A stretch of DNA of 64,000 nt, taken from positions 7,978 to 71,977 of the forward strand of contig JAJYFE010000002.1 of NCBI GenBank assembly GCA_021785435.1. Reading direction: 5' to 3'. This document shows, in pieces, positions 55,951 to 64,000 of the stretch. The stretch comes from Planctomycetota bacterium. GTDB taxonomy: Bacteria > Planctomycetota > Phycisphaerae > WQYP01. Every line of letters starts with the position of its first letter. Within the stretch, counting starts at the first letter, position 1. A model generated the notes under the pieces. The model did not search any database and had not been told where the DNA came from. It saw nothing but the letters and a program-made list of their open reading frames with translations. The position numbers and the translations under genes are program-made.

Positions 55951-56532
55951 ATGGTTTGGCAAGGGCGCGGCTGCGAAGGAAAAAGTAAAAATTATAAGGA
56001 AGGACTTTTGGCAGGCGCACGGGTGCGAAGTAAGAAGGCCAAAGGTGTTGCCCGCTCATGCCGGGCAACTTGCCCCCCCCACCGTTCTTCCAGCCTGGCC
56101 TTGGATCGTTTCGCCATCCTGCGGCACACCCCGGGGGCCGGTAAGGTAACTTCACCTTACGCGGGGCGATCGGTGGGGCTGCATTGGGACCTCCTTCTGG
56201 CGCCTGCCGGGAGTCCCCGCGCCACCACGTGGCGAATTCCAACCGATCCGCGACAATGGTTCACGAACCCTCGACGGGCCTTCAGTACCCTGGTGGAAGC
56301 GCTTCCGCCTCATCGCCTGCTTTATCTAACCTATGAGGGGCCGGTCTCCGGCGAGCGCGGCCTGGTAAAGCGAGTCGATGGGGGCAGGATGCGGGTGATC
56401 CGTTGGGACCCTGATGCCATCGAAGTTGACTTGCTGAGCGCACGAAGGATCGTGCGGCTGCGGTTGGCCCAGCGCTGCAATCAGACCAATCGCTGGCAGC
56501 TGCGCGTTAAACTCCTCGGGGCGCTGCGATAG
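55951..56532 (+). CDS. LigD phosphoesterase-domain-like protein (DNA polymerase/ligase N-terminal domain family); the start is probably internal
   Basis: RFAILRHTPGAG...GLHWDLLL...TTWRIPTDP fits the pattern FVIQKHxAxxLHYDLRLE...SWAVP. The N-terminal ~45 codons of the ORF look non-coding. Confidence 0.4.
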   Translation: MVWQGRGCEGKSKNYKEGLLAGARVRSKKAKGVARSCRATCPPHRSSSLALDRFAILRHTPGAGKVTSPYAGRSVGLHWDLLLAPAGSPRATTWRIPTDPRQWFTNPRRAFSTLVEALPPHRLLYLTYEGPVSGERGLVKRVDGGRMRVIRWDPDAIEVDLLSARRIVRLRLAQRCNQTNRWQLRVKLLGALR

Positions 56533-56607
56533 GCCGGACCAGTTCACAGCGTACCATGATGCTTTTATATCCTGGCGCTTGGTCAATCGATAAACTTCTG
56601 GTCGACG

Positions 56608-56755
56608 AAATAGCCCCGGATCCGCCGCCGAACCCCAAGCACCGGGCTTCAGCCCGGTGACGGCTTCAGCCCGGTGACGGCTTCAGCTCGCCGTAGCGAT
56701 TTGCCCGCAGCGACCCGGTGAATGGCTTTCGGCCGCCGGCCCCAACGTGTGCTGG
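56608..56755. repeat. Family-2 dispersed element (partial, with internal tandem duplication GCTTCAGCCCGGTGACG x2) between convergent gene ends
   Basis: GAACCCCAAGCACCGGGCTTCAGCCCGGTGACGGCTTCAGCCCGGTGACGG...GCGACCCGGTGAATGGC. A related fragment lies at 63680-63730. Confidence 0.45.
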
Positions 56756-56830
56756 TCAAGATTTTCGAGGAATAAGGCCGAATGGCCGCCTTCAGGGTAG
56801 CCGCGTGAAACTCTTCCGCTGGAAACGGCG

Positions 56831-58372
56831 CTAACGCATCAACAACAAGGTTGACAACGGCAAGGAAACAATACGCGGGTCGTCCGGCGTAGGTTCATCC
56901 GTCAGCGTCACCAACACGCCGAACGATGCGTTATAGGCCGATTTTTCCATGAACGCCCGTAAGCCATACGTATCGACATGATCAAGGCGCCGGCGATATT
57001 TAATCTCCATTGGAATTCGCTGTTCGCCGACGGTCAAGACGTAGTCGACCTCCGGCTCGCTTGGTCGTTGCGGAAAATGTGCGACCTCCAGCCCGGTAAT
57101 CGAAGCCAGAAAATAACCGACCGTACTCTCCGCAATCCTGCCGGCAAGGTCGGCCAAGTGCGGGTGCGCTTCCAAAGCCTCCGGCGTAAGGGGAATTGTT
57201 TCCTGTAACCAGGCGGCCCGCAAGGCGTGATCACAAAGACCTATCTTCGGCGCGCCGCGCCGGCGCTTGAGCCTTAATTCCAGCGGTTCGATCAGCCGCA
57301 GCAGCAGCGTCCCATCCAGAAATTTTAAATAGTTGTGGACCCGGCTCCAGCCGATATTGGCGTTCATCGCCGCTGTGAGCTGCTGAATATAGAGACCTGG
57401 GGCCGGCGCTTGGCCTGTATATCTGCAGGCCAGGCGAAACACCTCTTCCAACAACTGTTCGTCCCGCTTCTGCCCGCGTGGTCCCCTCCGCAAATCATGC
57501 TGGATGGCGCGCTTGATCACGGTTTCATTGAGCGCATCCGCGAGGCGCTCCCACCGTAAATCGTTTTGCGCCTGCGCCATCGGATAGGCCCCCCGCGCGG
57601 AAAACGCCTCGAACGCCTTATCGCGAAATTCACGGTGCTTCTCGCCATAGGAGCGCAGCTCCCGCCACCAGGCTTTGTCTTTCAGGGGGCCTACACCATT
57701 GGGTGGCAGATAGGGTTGGATGGAGCCTAAATGCTGGAACTCCCCGATCTCCCGCAAAAACAACGGCCCCATTTCCAGGGTGCTGATCCGCCCCGCCAGA
57801 CTATCCCGTCCAGCCTCAATCCGCAGGGCGGAACTGCCGGTAACCACCGCGCGCACCGGCTGCGTGTCCACCAGGTGTTTGACCTGCGGCGCCCAATTGG
57901 CAAGGTTCTGCACCTCATCCAGAAATATTAAGGCTCCGCGCCCCTCATGGGCCGCCTGGTTCAACGTCGAGCCGAGAACGTTATCCGCATACCACTGCAC
58001 CAGGGTGAGAATTGGGTTTTCCATGGCGATCAGAGCGGGCAAGTCGTCAAATTGAATGCGCAGTATCCGTTGGGGATCCATCCCTTCGGCTTGAAAGCTA
58101 TCTATGATCTGATTCAGTAGAGTGGTCTTGCCCACCTGCCGTGGCCCGCGCAGCGCGACGGCGGGCGTCAGGCCCTTAAGCAGACCCCTCCGCACCGGCT
58201 CGAAGGCCCAGCGGCGAATCGGCGGTATTCCATAACGCCGCTCGCCACGCCACCAGAGATTGTCCGCCCGCAACAGCGATTCCACCGTCGGCATGGCTTG
58301 CGCCAGACCTGTCGGCCGCGAGCGCGTCAGCGGTGATGGATGGTCAGCGGCGAAAAGACCTTGAGGGCTCAT
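56831..58372 (-). CDS. AAA+ ATPase (P-loop NTPase with DUF4143-type C-terminal domain)
   Basis: Walker A GPRQVGKTTL and Walker B ALIFLDEVQ. A C-terminal restriction-endonuclease-like region is typical of the AAA_14/DUF4143 family. Confidence 0.65.
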   Translation of the reverse strand: MSPQGLFAADHPSPLTRSRPTGLAQAMPTVESLLRADNLWWRGERRYGIPPIRRWAFEPVRRGLLKGLTPAVALRGPRQVGKTTLLNQIIDSFQAEGMDPQRILRIQFDDLPALIAMENPILTLVQWYADNVLGSTLNQAAHEGRGALIFLDEVQNLANWAPQVKHLVDTQPVRAVVTGSSALRIEAGRDSLAGRISTLEMGPLFLREIGEFQHLGSIQPYLPPNGVGPLKDKAWWRELRSYGEKHREFRDKAFEAFSARGAYPMAQAQNDLRWERLADALNETVIKRAIQHDLRRGPRGQKRDEQLLEEVFRLACRYTGQAPAPGLYIQQLTAAMNANIGWSRVHNYLKFLDGTLLLRLIEPLELRLKRRRGAPKIGLCDHALRAAWLQETIPLTPEALEAHPHLADLAGRIAESTVGYFLASITGLEVAHFPQRPSEPEVDYVLTVGEQRIPMEIKYRRRLDHVDTYGLRAFMEKSAYNASFGVLVTLTDEPTPDDPRIVSLPLSTLLLMR

Positions 58373-58424
58373 GGTTCCATCCTAACGCTTACCCGCGAGC
58401 CTGGCGAGAGCGAAGGTGCACTTC

Positions 58425-58525
58425 TATAATACTATGGGGTTCGCCAGGGGGAGCGCCGATGCTTAACTGAGCATACACCCTTGGAATCCCAGCGCGCCGG
58501 GATTTGTACCGGTGTAAGGAACGCG
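58425..58525 (+). ncRNA. TPP (THI-box) riboswitch
   Basis: ACTATGGGGTTCGCC...CTGAGCATACACCCTTGGAATCC...GGGATTTGTACCGGTGTAAGGAA matches the THI-box cores (CUGAGA, ACCCUU-GAAYC, GUAAGGGA-like). A perfect TATAAT lies at 58425-58430 just upstream. thiC is downstream. Confidence 0.7.
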
Positions 58526-58810
58526 AGCCCATGGCTCCCGCAAAGGTCACCCGCTGGCCGGCCTTCCCATTACGCCGCAGGTTCGCCGGCGCGGCTTTTC
58601 GGCCCCTTACCAGGGTAACTGGGACGCCGCCCCCGATCGAAGAGTCGCCGTGGAGACCCGCTGTCCGCCCCGCCAACGGCCGGGCAGGTCGCCAGGGGGC
58701 GACTCGCAGACTGGCAAGCTTTGTCGAGTCGCCCCGAAGGGTTCTCCGTGGCGACTTGGTGGCGACCAGGCGCTGCCGATGGGCAACGCCGATTTTCAGG
58801 AGTCGCACTC

Positions 58811-60562
58811 ATGTCCGTATCCGCCTCATCGCACCGTTGCAACGGTCGCCCTCCGGTGACGCAGCTGGAATTCGCGCAGGCCGGAATGATTACGCCACAG
58901 GTGCGCCGCGTGGCGCAGCGTGAAGCCCAAACACCGGAGTTTATCCGCCAGGAGGTCGCCCGGGGTCGGCTGGTTATTCCCGCCAACATCCGCCATCTGC
59001 AGGGTACCGAGGGACAGGCCGGCGTCTCTTCGCCCCTGCGGATTGACTATCCGCCTCCTGCAGACCGCGGCCATCCCGGAGCCGAAAATGCCGCCGCCCA
59101 ACTTTGGGTTAATCAAACCGTCGCCCAGCGCACCGCGGCCCTGGCCGATGCCGAAACGCTCCGCGGCTGCGCTGCGCCGTGCCGCCTCGATCCCACCGGC
59201 ATCGGTCGCCTGATCACCACCAAAATCAACGCCAACATCGGCGCCTCGCCCGTCAGCAGCGGTACGCGGGAGGAAGTTGAAAAACTCCAGTGGGCCCAGA
59301 AATTCGGCGCCGATACGCTCATGGACCTCTCCACCGGCGGCAACCTGCTCCAGTGCCGCCAGGCCATCATCGATCACAGCACCATCCCCATCGGCACCGT
59401 TCCTATCTATTCCATGATCATCGGCCGACGCCTTGAAGAACTTACCTATGCCATGATCCTCGCGGAAATCGAACGCCAGGCCCAACAGGGCGTCGATTAT
59501 TTCACCATTCATGCCGGCGTGCTCCGGGAGCATCTGCCGCTGATTAAAAATCGCCTCACCGGCATCGTCAGCCGCGGCGGAAGCCTGCTCGCCAAGTGGA
59601 TGATCCATCATGGCCGCCAGAATCCTATGTATGAATTGTTCGATGAAATCTCCGCTATCATGCGGCAATACGATGTAACCTATTCGCTCGGCGACGGCTT
59701 GCGCCCCGGCTGCCTGGCCGACGCCACCGACGCGGCCCAGTTGGCCGAATTGCAAACCTTGGGCGAACTGGTGCAGCGGGCGCGGGAAGCGGGCGTGCAG
59801 GTTATGGTGGAAGGCCCGGGGCATATTCCTCTGGATCAAATTGCGGTGAATATGCAGTTGGAGCAGCGAATTTGCGATGACGCCCCATTTTATGTATTAG
59901 GCCCCCTGACCACCGATGTTTTCCCCGGTTACGACCACATCACCAGCGCTATTGGGGCCGCCGAAGCGGCGCGGGCGGGCGCGGCTATGCTCTGTTACGT
60001 CACCCCCAAAGAGCATGTCGGTCTGCCCAAGGCGCAGGATGTCAAGGCCGGGTGCATTGCTTATAAAATCGCCGCCCACGCCGGCGATCTGGCCCGGGGC
60101 ATCGCTTCGGCCCGACAGTGGGATGACGATATGTCCCGGGCCCGCGCTGCCCTGAATTGGCCGAAAATGTTCGAGCTGGCCTTCGACGGCGAAACCGCCC
60201 GGGCCTTGCACGATGAAGACCTCGACGCCGACACGGATTTCTGCGCCATGTGCGGCCACGATTGGTGCTCCATGCGCATCAGCAAGGAAATTCAGGAATT
60301 TGCCAGCGGCAAAGATCCTGCGTTCCAGCCGTCGAAAAAGTCGGCTGTCTCCAGCGGTTTAACCAAGGATGGCGCCGAACTTCTCCGCCAGCGCGGCGTA
60401 ATCACCGAACGGCAAATCCAGGCCTTGGTGCATAAAGGCCGTAAGGCCCCGTGCCATAGCGACTTGGTGGCCGACCCCGCCCAAGCCCAGCTGGTCCAGT
60501 TAAATGCCGTGAAATCCGGTTCTACGGCATCCCCCGCCACCCCTGCGTCGGTCAATGCATAG
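58811..60562 (+). CDS. thiC: Phosphomethylpyrimidine synthase
   Basis: Conservation throughout ([40 protein letters not shown]). Start at the ATG at 58811 with a CAGGAG RBS; the ORF-track start is a TTG at 58721. Confidence 0.9.
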   Translation: MSVSASSHRCNGRPPVTQLEFAQAGMITPQVRRVAQREAQTPEFIRQEVARGRLVIPANIRHLQGTEGQAGVSSPLRIDYPPPADRGHPGAENAAAQLWVNQTVAQRTAALADAETLRGCAAPCRLDPTGIGRLITTKINANIGASPVSSGTREEVEKLQWAQKFGADTLMDLSTGGNLLQCRQAIIDHSTIPIGTVPIYSMIIGRRLEELTYAMILAEIERQAQQGVDYFTIHAGVLREHLPLIKNRLTGIVSRGGSLLAKWMIHHGRQNPMYELFDEISAIMRQYDVTYSLGDGLRPGCLADATDAAQLAELQTLGELVQRAREAGVQVMVEGPGHIPLDQIAVNMQLEQRICDDAPFYVLGPLTTDVFPGYDHITSAIGAAEAARAGAAMLCYVTPKEHVGLPKAQDVKAGCIAYKIAAHAGDLARGIASARQWDDDMSRARAALNWPKMFELAFDGETARALHDEDLDADTDFCAMCGHDWCSMRISKEIQEFASGKDPAFQPSKKSAVSSGLTKDGAELLRQRGVITERQIQALVHKGRKAPCHSDLVADPAQAQLVQLNAVKSGSTASPATPASVNA

Positions 60563-60813
60563 CCCAAATAACTTGTATATGTTTTCTACACAACATACTG
60601 ATCGGCGATGGATTCGCCTCACTCGAAGAATCGCCGAAGAGCTGCTGGTCGAGGAGTCGCCTCCGGTACCCGGTCCAGTAACCACGAGGTCAGCCGCAAC
60701 CGCAAGCCCTTCCATTTTCAGAACCGCGGAATATGACACGCTGCCGCCCCCAGAGCGGATGAAAAGACAAAATTAGGAACTTTGCCTTTCCCTGCGGCGC
60801 GGCATGGTCGAAC

Positions 60814-61038
60814 TTAAGGTGGAATCTGGTCCCGATAACGCTCGCGGAAAGCCTCCAGCGATTCAACGCCCTCCGGCAGCTCGGCCTCCTCGATCAGCAA
60901 CACCGGCAGCCCGTCCCGAATCGGGTAGCGCAGGCCGCCGACCTGTCCAACCAGATGATCGCCTTCCAGCCGCAGCGGGCTGCGCGTCAGCGGGCAAACC
61001 AGAATTTTCAACATCTCCGGATCCAGGCCATTCCCCAT
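60814..61038 (-). CDS. Trm112-family small protein
   Basis: LKILVCPLTRSPL...YPIRDGLPVLLIEEA matches the Trm112/DUF343 signature. 74 aa. Confidence 0.7.
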   Translation of the reverse strand: MGNGLDPEMLKILVCPLTRSPLRLEGDHLVGQVGGLRYPIRDGLPVLLIEEAELPEGVESLEAFRERYRDQIPP

Positions 61039-61062
61039 GGTGCTTGCTCCACCTTTCCGCGA

Positions 61063-61965
61063 TCAGACCTCAGGAGAGCGGAAGGGTAGGCCGCTCAAGC
61101 GCTCATACGCCTCGATATACCGGCGACGCGTATTTTCCACCACTTCCGGCGGCAGAGCGGGACCGGGCGGCCGCTTGGTCCAGGCAAGCGTTTCGAGATA
61201 GTTGCGCACGTACTGTTTGTCGAAGCTGGCTGATTCCACGCCCGGCTTATAGCGATCCTTAGGCCAGAAGCGTGAGCTGTCGGGCGTGAGCACTTCGTCG
61301 ATTAAAATGGGTTGTTCGGCCCCTGGCGGCAAGCCCCATTCAAATTTGGTATCAGCGATAATAATACCGCGTGCCAGCGCCATCTCCGCCGCGCGCCGAT
61401 AAATCCGCAGGGACTGCGCGCGGACAAACTCCATCACGGCACGGCCGACGCGCTCCGCTGCCTGCTGCCAGGTAATGCTTTCATCGTGTCCTGTGGCGGC
61501 TTTGGTGCTGGGCGTAAAAATTGGTTCCGCCAATTGCTCGGAAAGGCGCAGTCCGACGGGCAGGCGCACCCCGCTGACCGTGCCGCTTTGCTGATATTCC
61601 TTCCAGCCGCCGCCAGCCAGGTAGCCGCGCACCACGCATTCCACCGGGATCACCTTGGTTTTTCGCACCAGCACCGCTCGACCACGCAGTTGCGCCGCGA
61701 AGGGCTCCAGTTCCGCCGGAAAATCTTCCACCCGGCTGGCGAGCAGATGGTGCGACACCTCGCCATCCAGCCAGCGGAACCAGAAGTTGCTCAGCCCGGT
61801 CAGAATCACGCCTTTATCGGGAATGGGTGTCGGCAGCACAACGTCAAAGGCGCTGAGCCGGTCGCTGGCGACAATTAATAATTTTTCCCCAAGATCGTAA
61901 ACATCCCGCACCTTGCCCCGGCGGACCGGCCATCCCGGCAGGTGGGATTGCATCAACGGCGGCAT
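61063..61965 (-). CDS. purC: Phosphoribosylaminoimidazole-succinocarboxamide synthase
   Basis: RGKVRDVYDLGEKLLIVASDRLSAFDVVL... Start at the ATG at 61965 (MPPLMQ), with GGGAG upstream. Confidence 0.85.
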   Translation of the reverse strand: MPPLMQSHLPGWPVRRGKVRDVYDLGEKLLIVASDRLSAFDVVLPTPIPDKGVILTGLSNFWFRWLDGEVSHHLLASRVEDFPAELEPFAAQLRGRAVLVRKTKVIPVECVVRGYLAGGGWKEYQQSGTVSGVRLPVGLRLSEQLAEPIFTPSTKAATGHDESITWQQAAERVGRAVMEFVRAQSLRIYRRAAEMALARGIIIADTKFEWGLPPGAEQPILIDEVLTPDSSRFWPKDRYKPGVESASFDKQYVRNYLETLAWTKRPPGPALPPEVVENTRRRYIEAYERLSGLPFRSPEV

Positions 61966-61979
61966 AACTCGGCTCCCAT

Positions 61980-62312
61980 TCACACCCGCACGCTCTGCAG
62001 CAAGCTGGCGGAAACCACAAAATCGCGGCGCACCCACACCACGCTACGGTTTACATGCACGCCCAACTGCCGGGCTTGGGCGATATAAAACTCTTTGGTG
62101 GACCGGCTGTCGCTGCAGTCGTGCACATCAACTTCCTCCAGGATCAGGGCGTCCGGGAAAACCTCCTTCAGCGTACCGATGTAAATCAGCGGGCCAGCGG
62201 TGTCCAACACCACCACCGCGCCAAGCCAGCGGGCCAGCGTCGTAGTCGCGGCGGGGATAGTCAGCGGTGCCGCCGCGTTTCCAGAACCACTCTGTTCTTG
62301 AGGCGTTTCCAT
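61980..62312 (-). CDS. Hypothetical small protein
   Basis: Internal ATG start (METPQEQ). Moderately hydrophobic core; no motif found. Weak call. Confidence 0.3.
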   Translation of the reverse strand: METPQEQSGSGNAAAPLTIPAATTTLARWLGAVVVLDTAGPLIYIGTLKEVFPDALILEEVDVHDCSDSRSTKEFYIAQARQLGVHVNRSVVWVRRDFVVSASLLQSVRV

Positions 62313-62361
62313 GTCGGCATTATAGTACGGGCACGGAACAATCAAGCCAAGGAGACCGGTC

Positions 62362-63549
62362 ATGAAGGACTCTGGCCGAATTTCGGGGCGCGGCCTCGCC
62401 CACCATCCGTTTGACGTCGGGGAACGAGGCGGCTCAGCTCGGCGTGCGGCATCGCCGTCGGAGGCCTTTCGTCTCATGCGCTCCGCCCCGGCTCGTACCT
62501 CCTACCGGTGGCGGAACGGCAGGTGGCTCCCAGCCGCCGCGGTATTGCTGCTCATGGCGCTGGGCGCTGGACTCTGGACGCCAGCCCCGCGGCTTGCCGC
62601 CGCGGCGCCGATGTCCGGGCGGGAGATTGCCCGCCGGATCGCAGCGCTCAATCCCCATGACGCTCCCGGTCACGAACACCTGGCGAAGCGATTGTATCAG
62701 CAAAAGCTTTATCCCCAGGCGCTCCAACAGGTGGATGCGGCCTTAAAGATCAATCCGCATTATCAGGATGCGTTTTTGCTCAAGCGCCTGATCCAAGCGG
62801 CCCAGCGGCGCCAGGCCGCCGCCACCACCCCCAGCACCGCGCCGGCGGCTCGGCCGCGACTGCTGACGCCAGCCGACATTGACGCAATCCGACTCTGGGA
62901 ATTAACGCCCGGCGAACTGGCCGGGCCCGGCCGCGTGCCCCTGGAAGCCCGCATCCGGCAGCGGCAACGGATTCTCAAGAAATTCTGGCGCCAGATCATC
63001 TTGACCAACCCCGCCTATCAGCGGCGTCCGCTGAGCCGAACCGATATGGAGCATTTCATCCGCCGGTCTAATTTCCGCCGACAAATCTATTTGATGTTGA
63101 TTCTCGGCAACGCGTACTACTGGAGCAAAATTCAGATTTCCAGCGATCCCGCGGTGCTACGCACCTACCGCACCGCTATCCAGCCTGTGGTGCTGCACAG
63201 TTGCGCCACCGCGGGCTGCCATCGCGGCCAGGCCTTTCACGGCTTTAAGCTCTTCGGGGCTGCGCGCGGTCCCACCCTGCGGCAGAGTTACACCAATTTC
63301 TATATGCTGACCCATTACCGGTACCGCGGCCGTGGTCTGATTGATTACCACAATCCGCGTCTTTCACTGGTGCTACAATATCTTCTGCCCCCGGCCACCG
63401 CGGTGTATCATCATCCCGGCAAGAAAGGCCCGGCGCCACGCCAATTTAACGGCGCCCGGATCGTCCAATGGATTGATTCGCTGCGTTATCCGCCCCACCA
63501 TTATGGATTTCACTTCGCCTGGCCTCGGCCAGTAAAAAAGCCAAGATAA
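62362..63549 (+). CDS. Hypothetical membrane-anchored or secreted protein with a TPR-like segment
   Basis: N-terminal hydrophobic helix WLPAAAVLLLMALGAGLW. TPR-like AKRLYQQKLYPQALQQVDAALKINPHYQDA. Cys/His-rich C-terminus. Confidence 0.4.
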   Translation: MKDSGRISGRGLAHHPFDVGERGGSARRAASPSEAFRLMRSAPARTSYRWRNGRWLPAAAVLLLMALGAGLWTPAPRLAAAAPMSGREIARRIAALNPHDAPGHEHLAKRLYQQKLYPQALQQVDAALKINPHYQDAFLLKRLIQAAQRRQAAATTPSTAPAARPRLLTPADIDAIRLWELTPGELAGPGRVPLEARIRQRQRILKKFWRQIILTNPAYQRRPLSRTDMEHFIRRSNFRRQIYLMLILGNAYYWSKIQISSDPAVLRTYRTAIQPVVLHSCATAGCHRGQAFHGFKLFGAARGPTLRQSYTNFYMLTHYRYRGRGLIDYHNPRLSLVLQYLLPPATAVYHHPGKKGPAPRQFNGARIVQWIDSLRYPPHHYGFHFAWPRPVKKPR

Positions 63550-64000
63550 GGGCCAAGCCGCAGGGAAGTCCTTGTATCTTGACGCGGTCTTGACGATTTT
63601 CTGTTTGATAACCGTTTACGACTCAAGCCGCTGGCACGGCCCGCCATCGACCTCGCGCCGGGGCGTTCGTGCCGCCAATAGCACCGTGGCTTCAGCCCGG
63701 TGAACGAACGCGCCCGGGATCCAGGATTGCCCCGCGGCCCCACGCCGCCACGGTGCCTCCGTACACCACCCTCCACCGGGCACGGTGCGCTGACGCGGAA
63801 CAGGTTTCGTGACCGGGCGGTCGGTACTGAACCGCCCGCCTTAACGCAGGCTCCGGAAATGCTGCGGTGATTCGGCGTTGTTCGTGCGGTGCGAGACCAG
63901 CAGGGCGGTCATCATCGACGCCGTTTCGATCAGCCCATGCGGCCAGCCTCGTTGCGGCGACGGCGGCGCCGTGAATTGCCGGCAAAATTCCTCCAGCTCC

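Noticed and set aside
62362-63549. Possible c-type cytochrome (CATAGCH) in the 395-aa hypothetical protein
   Set aside because: The motif is CX4CH rather than canonical CXXCH, with no other heme-binding context. Kept as a hypothetical protein only.
63842-64000. Possible 3' end of a minus-strand gene continuing beyond the window
   Set aside because: Only ~50 codons are visible (…LEEFCRQFTAPPSPQRGWPHGLIETASMMTALLVSHRTNNAESPQHFRSLR). That is too little to call a product, and a related family-2 fragment lies just upstream.

Overview
High-GC (~65%) chromosomal segment that looks Planctomycete-like: a DUF1559 prepilin-like protein, giant secreted proteins with an N-terminal LEALEPRxLLS motif, and a GntR-type regulator next to an AT-rich promoter island. 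The ORF track marks TTG/GTG starts as M, so several starts were re-derived from ribosome-binding sites and homology.

Housekeeping genes are interspersed throughout: rpe, pgk, dut, thiC with an upstream TPP riboswitch, purC, rsmE, a Trm112-family gene, tRNA-Ser(CGA) and a DppB-type permease. Near the left edge is a small lipid block: two squalene-synthase-family genes (HpnC/HpnD type), a FabZ-like dehydratase, a PlsC-type acyltransferase and a ketosynthase. An LplT-type transporter fused to a PlsC acyltransferase lies further right.

The most interesting region is a ~26-kb array on the minus strand (49856 down to 23608), all in one direction. It encodes three giant secreted proteins: a sedolisin/Kelch protein, a dockerin-bearing repeat protein and a 2228-aa autotransporter. 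These are followed by a module I cannot match to any described secretion system:
- a HlyD-family adaptor;
- a GAF-like domain fused to a HlyD adaptor;
- a TolC-family outer-membrane lipoprotein;
- a four-helix-bundle protein cassette;
- a PqqD-like + peptidase M50 + HlyD tri-domain fusion;
- a C-terminally truncated SecA paralog.
Heptad-repeat hairpin elements sit at every gene junction of this module.

The window also contains at least five other dispersed repeat families (palindromic GTCGCC-N3-GGCGAC elements, a ~130-bp gene-end element, a ~200-bp structured pair, a MITE-like element with inverted ends and a 9-bp direct repeat, and a shared 3' tail motif). There is also an ~850-bp purine-rich non-coding stretch upstream of the DUF1559 gene.
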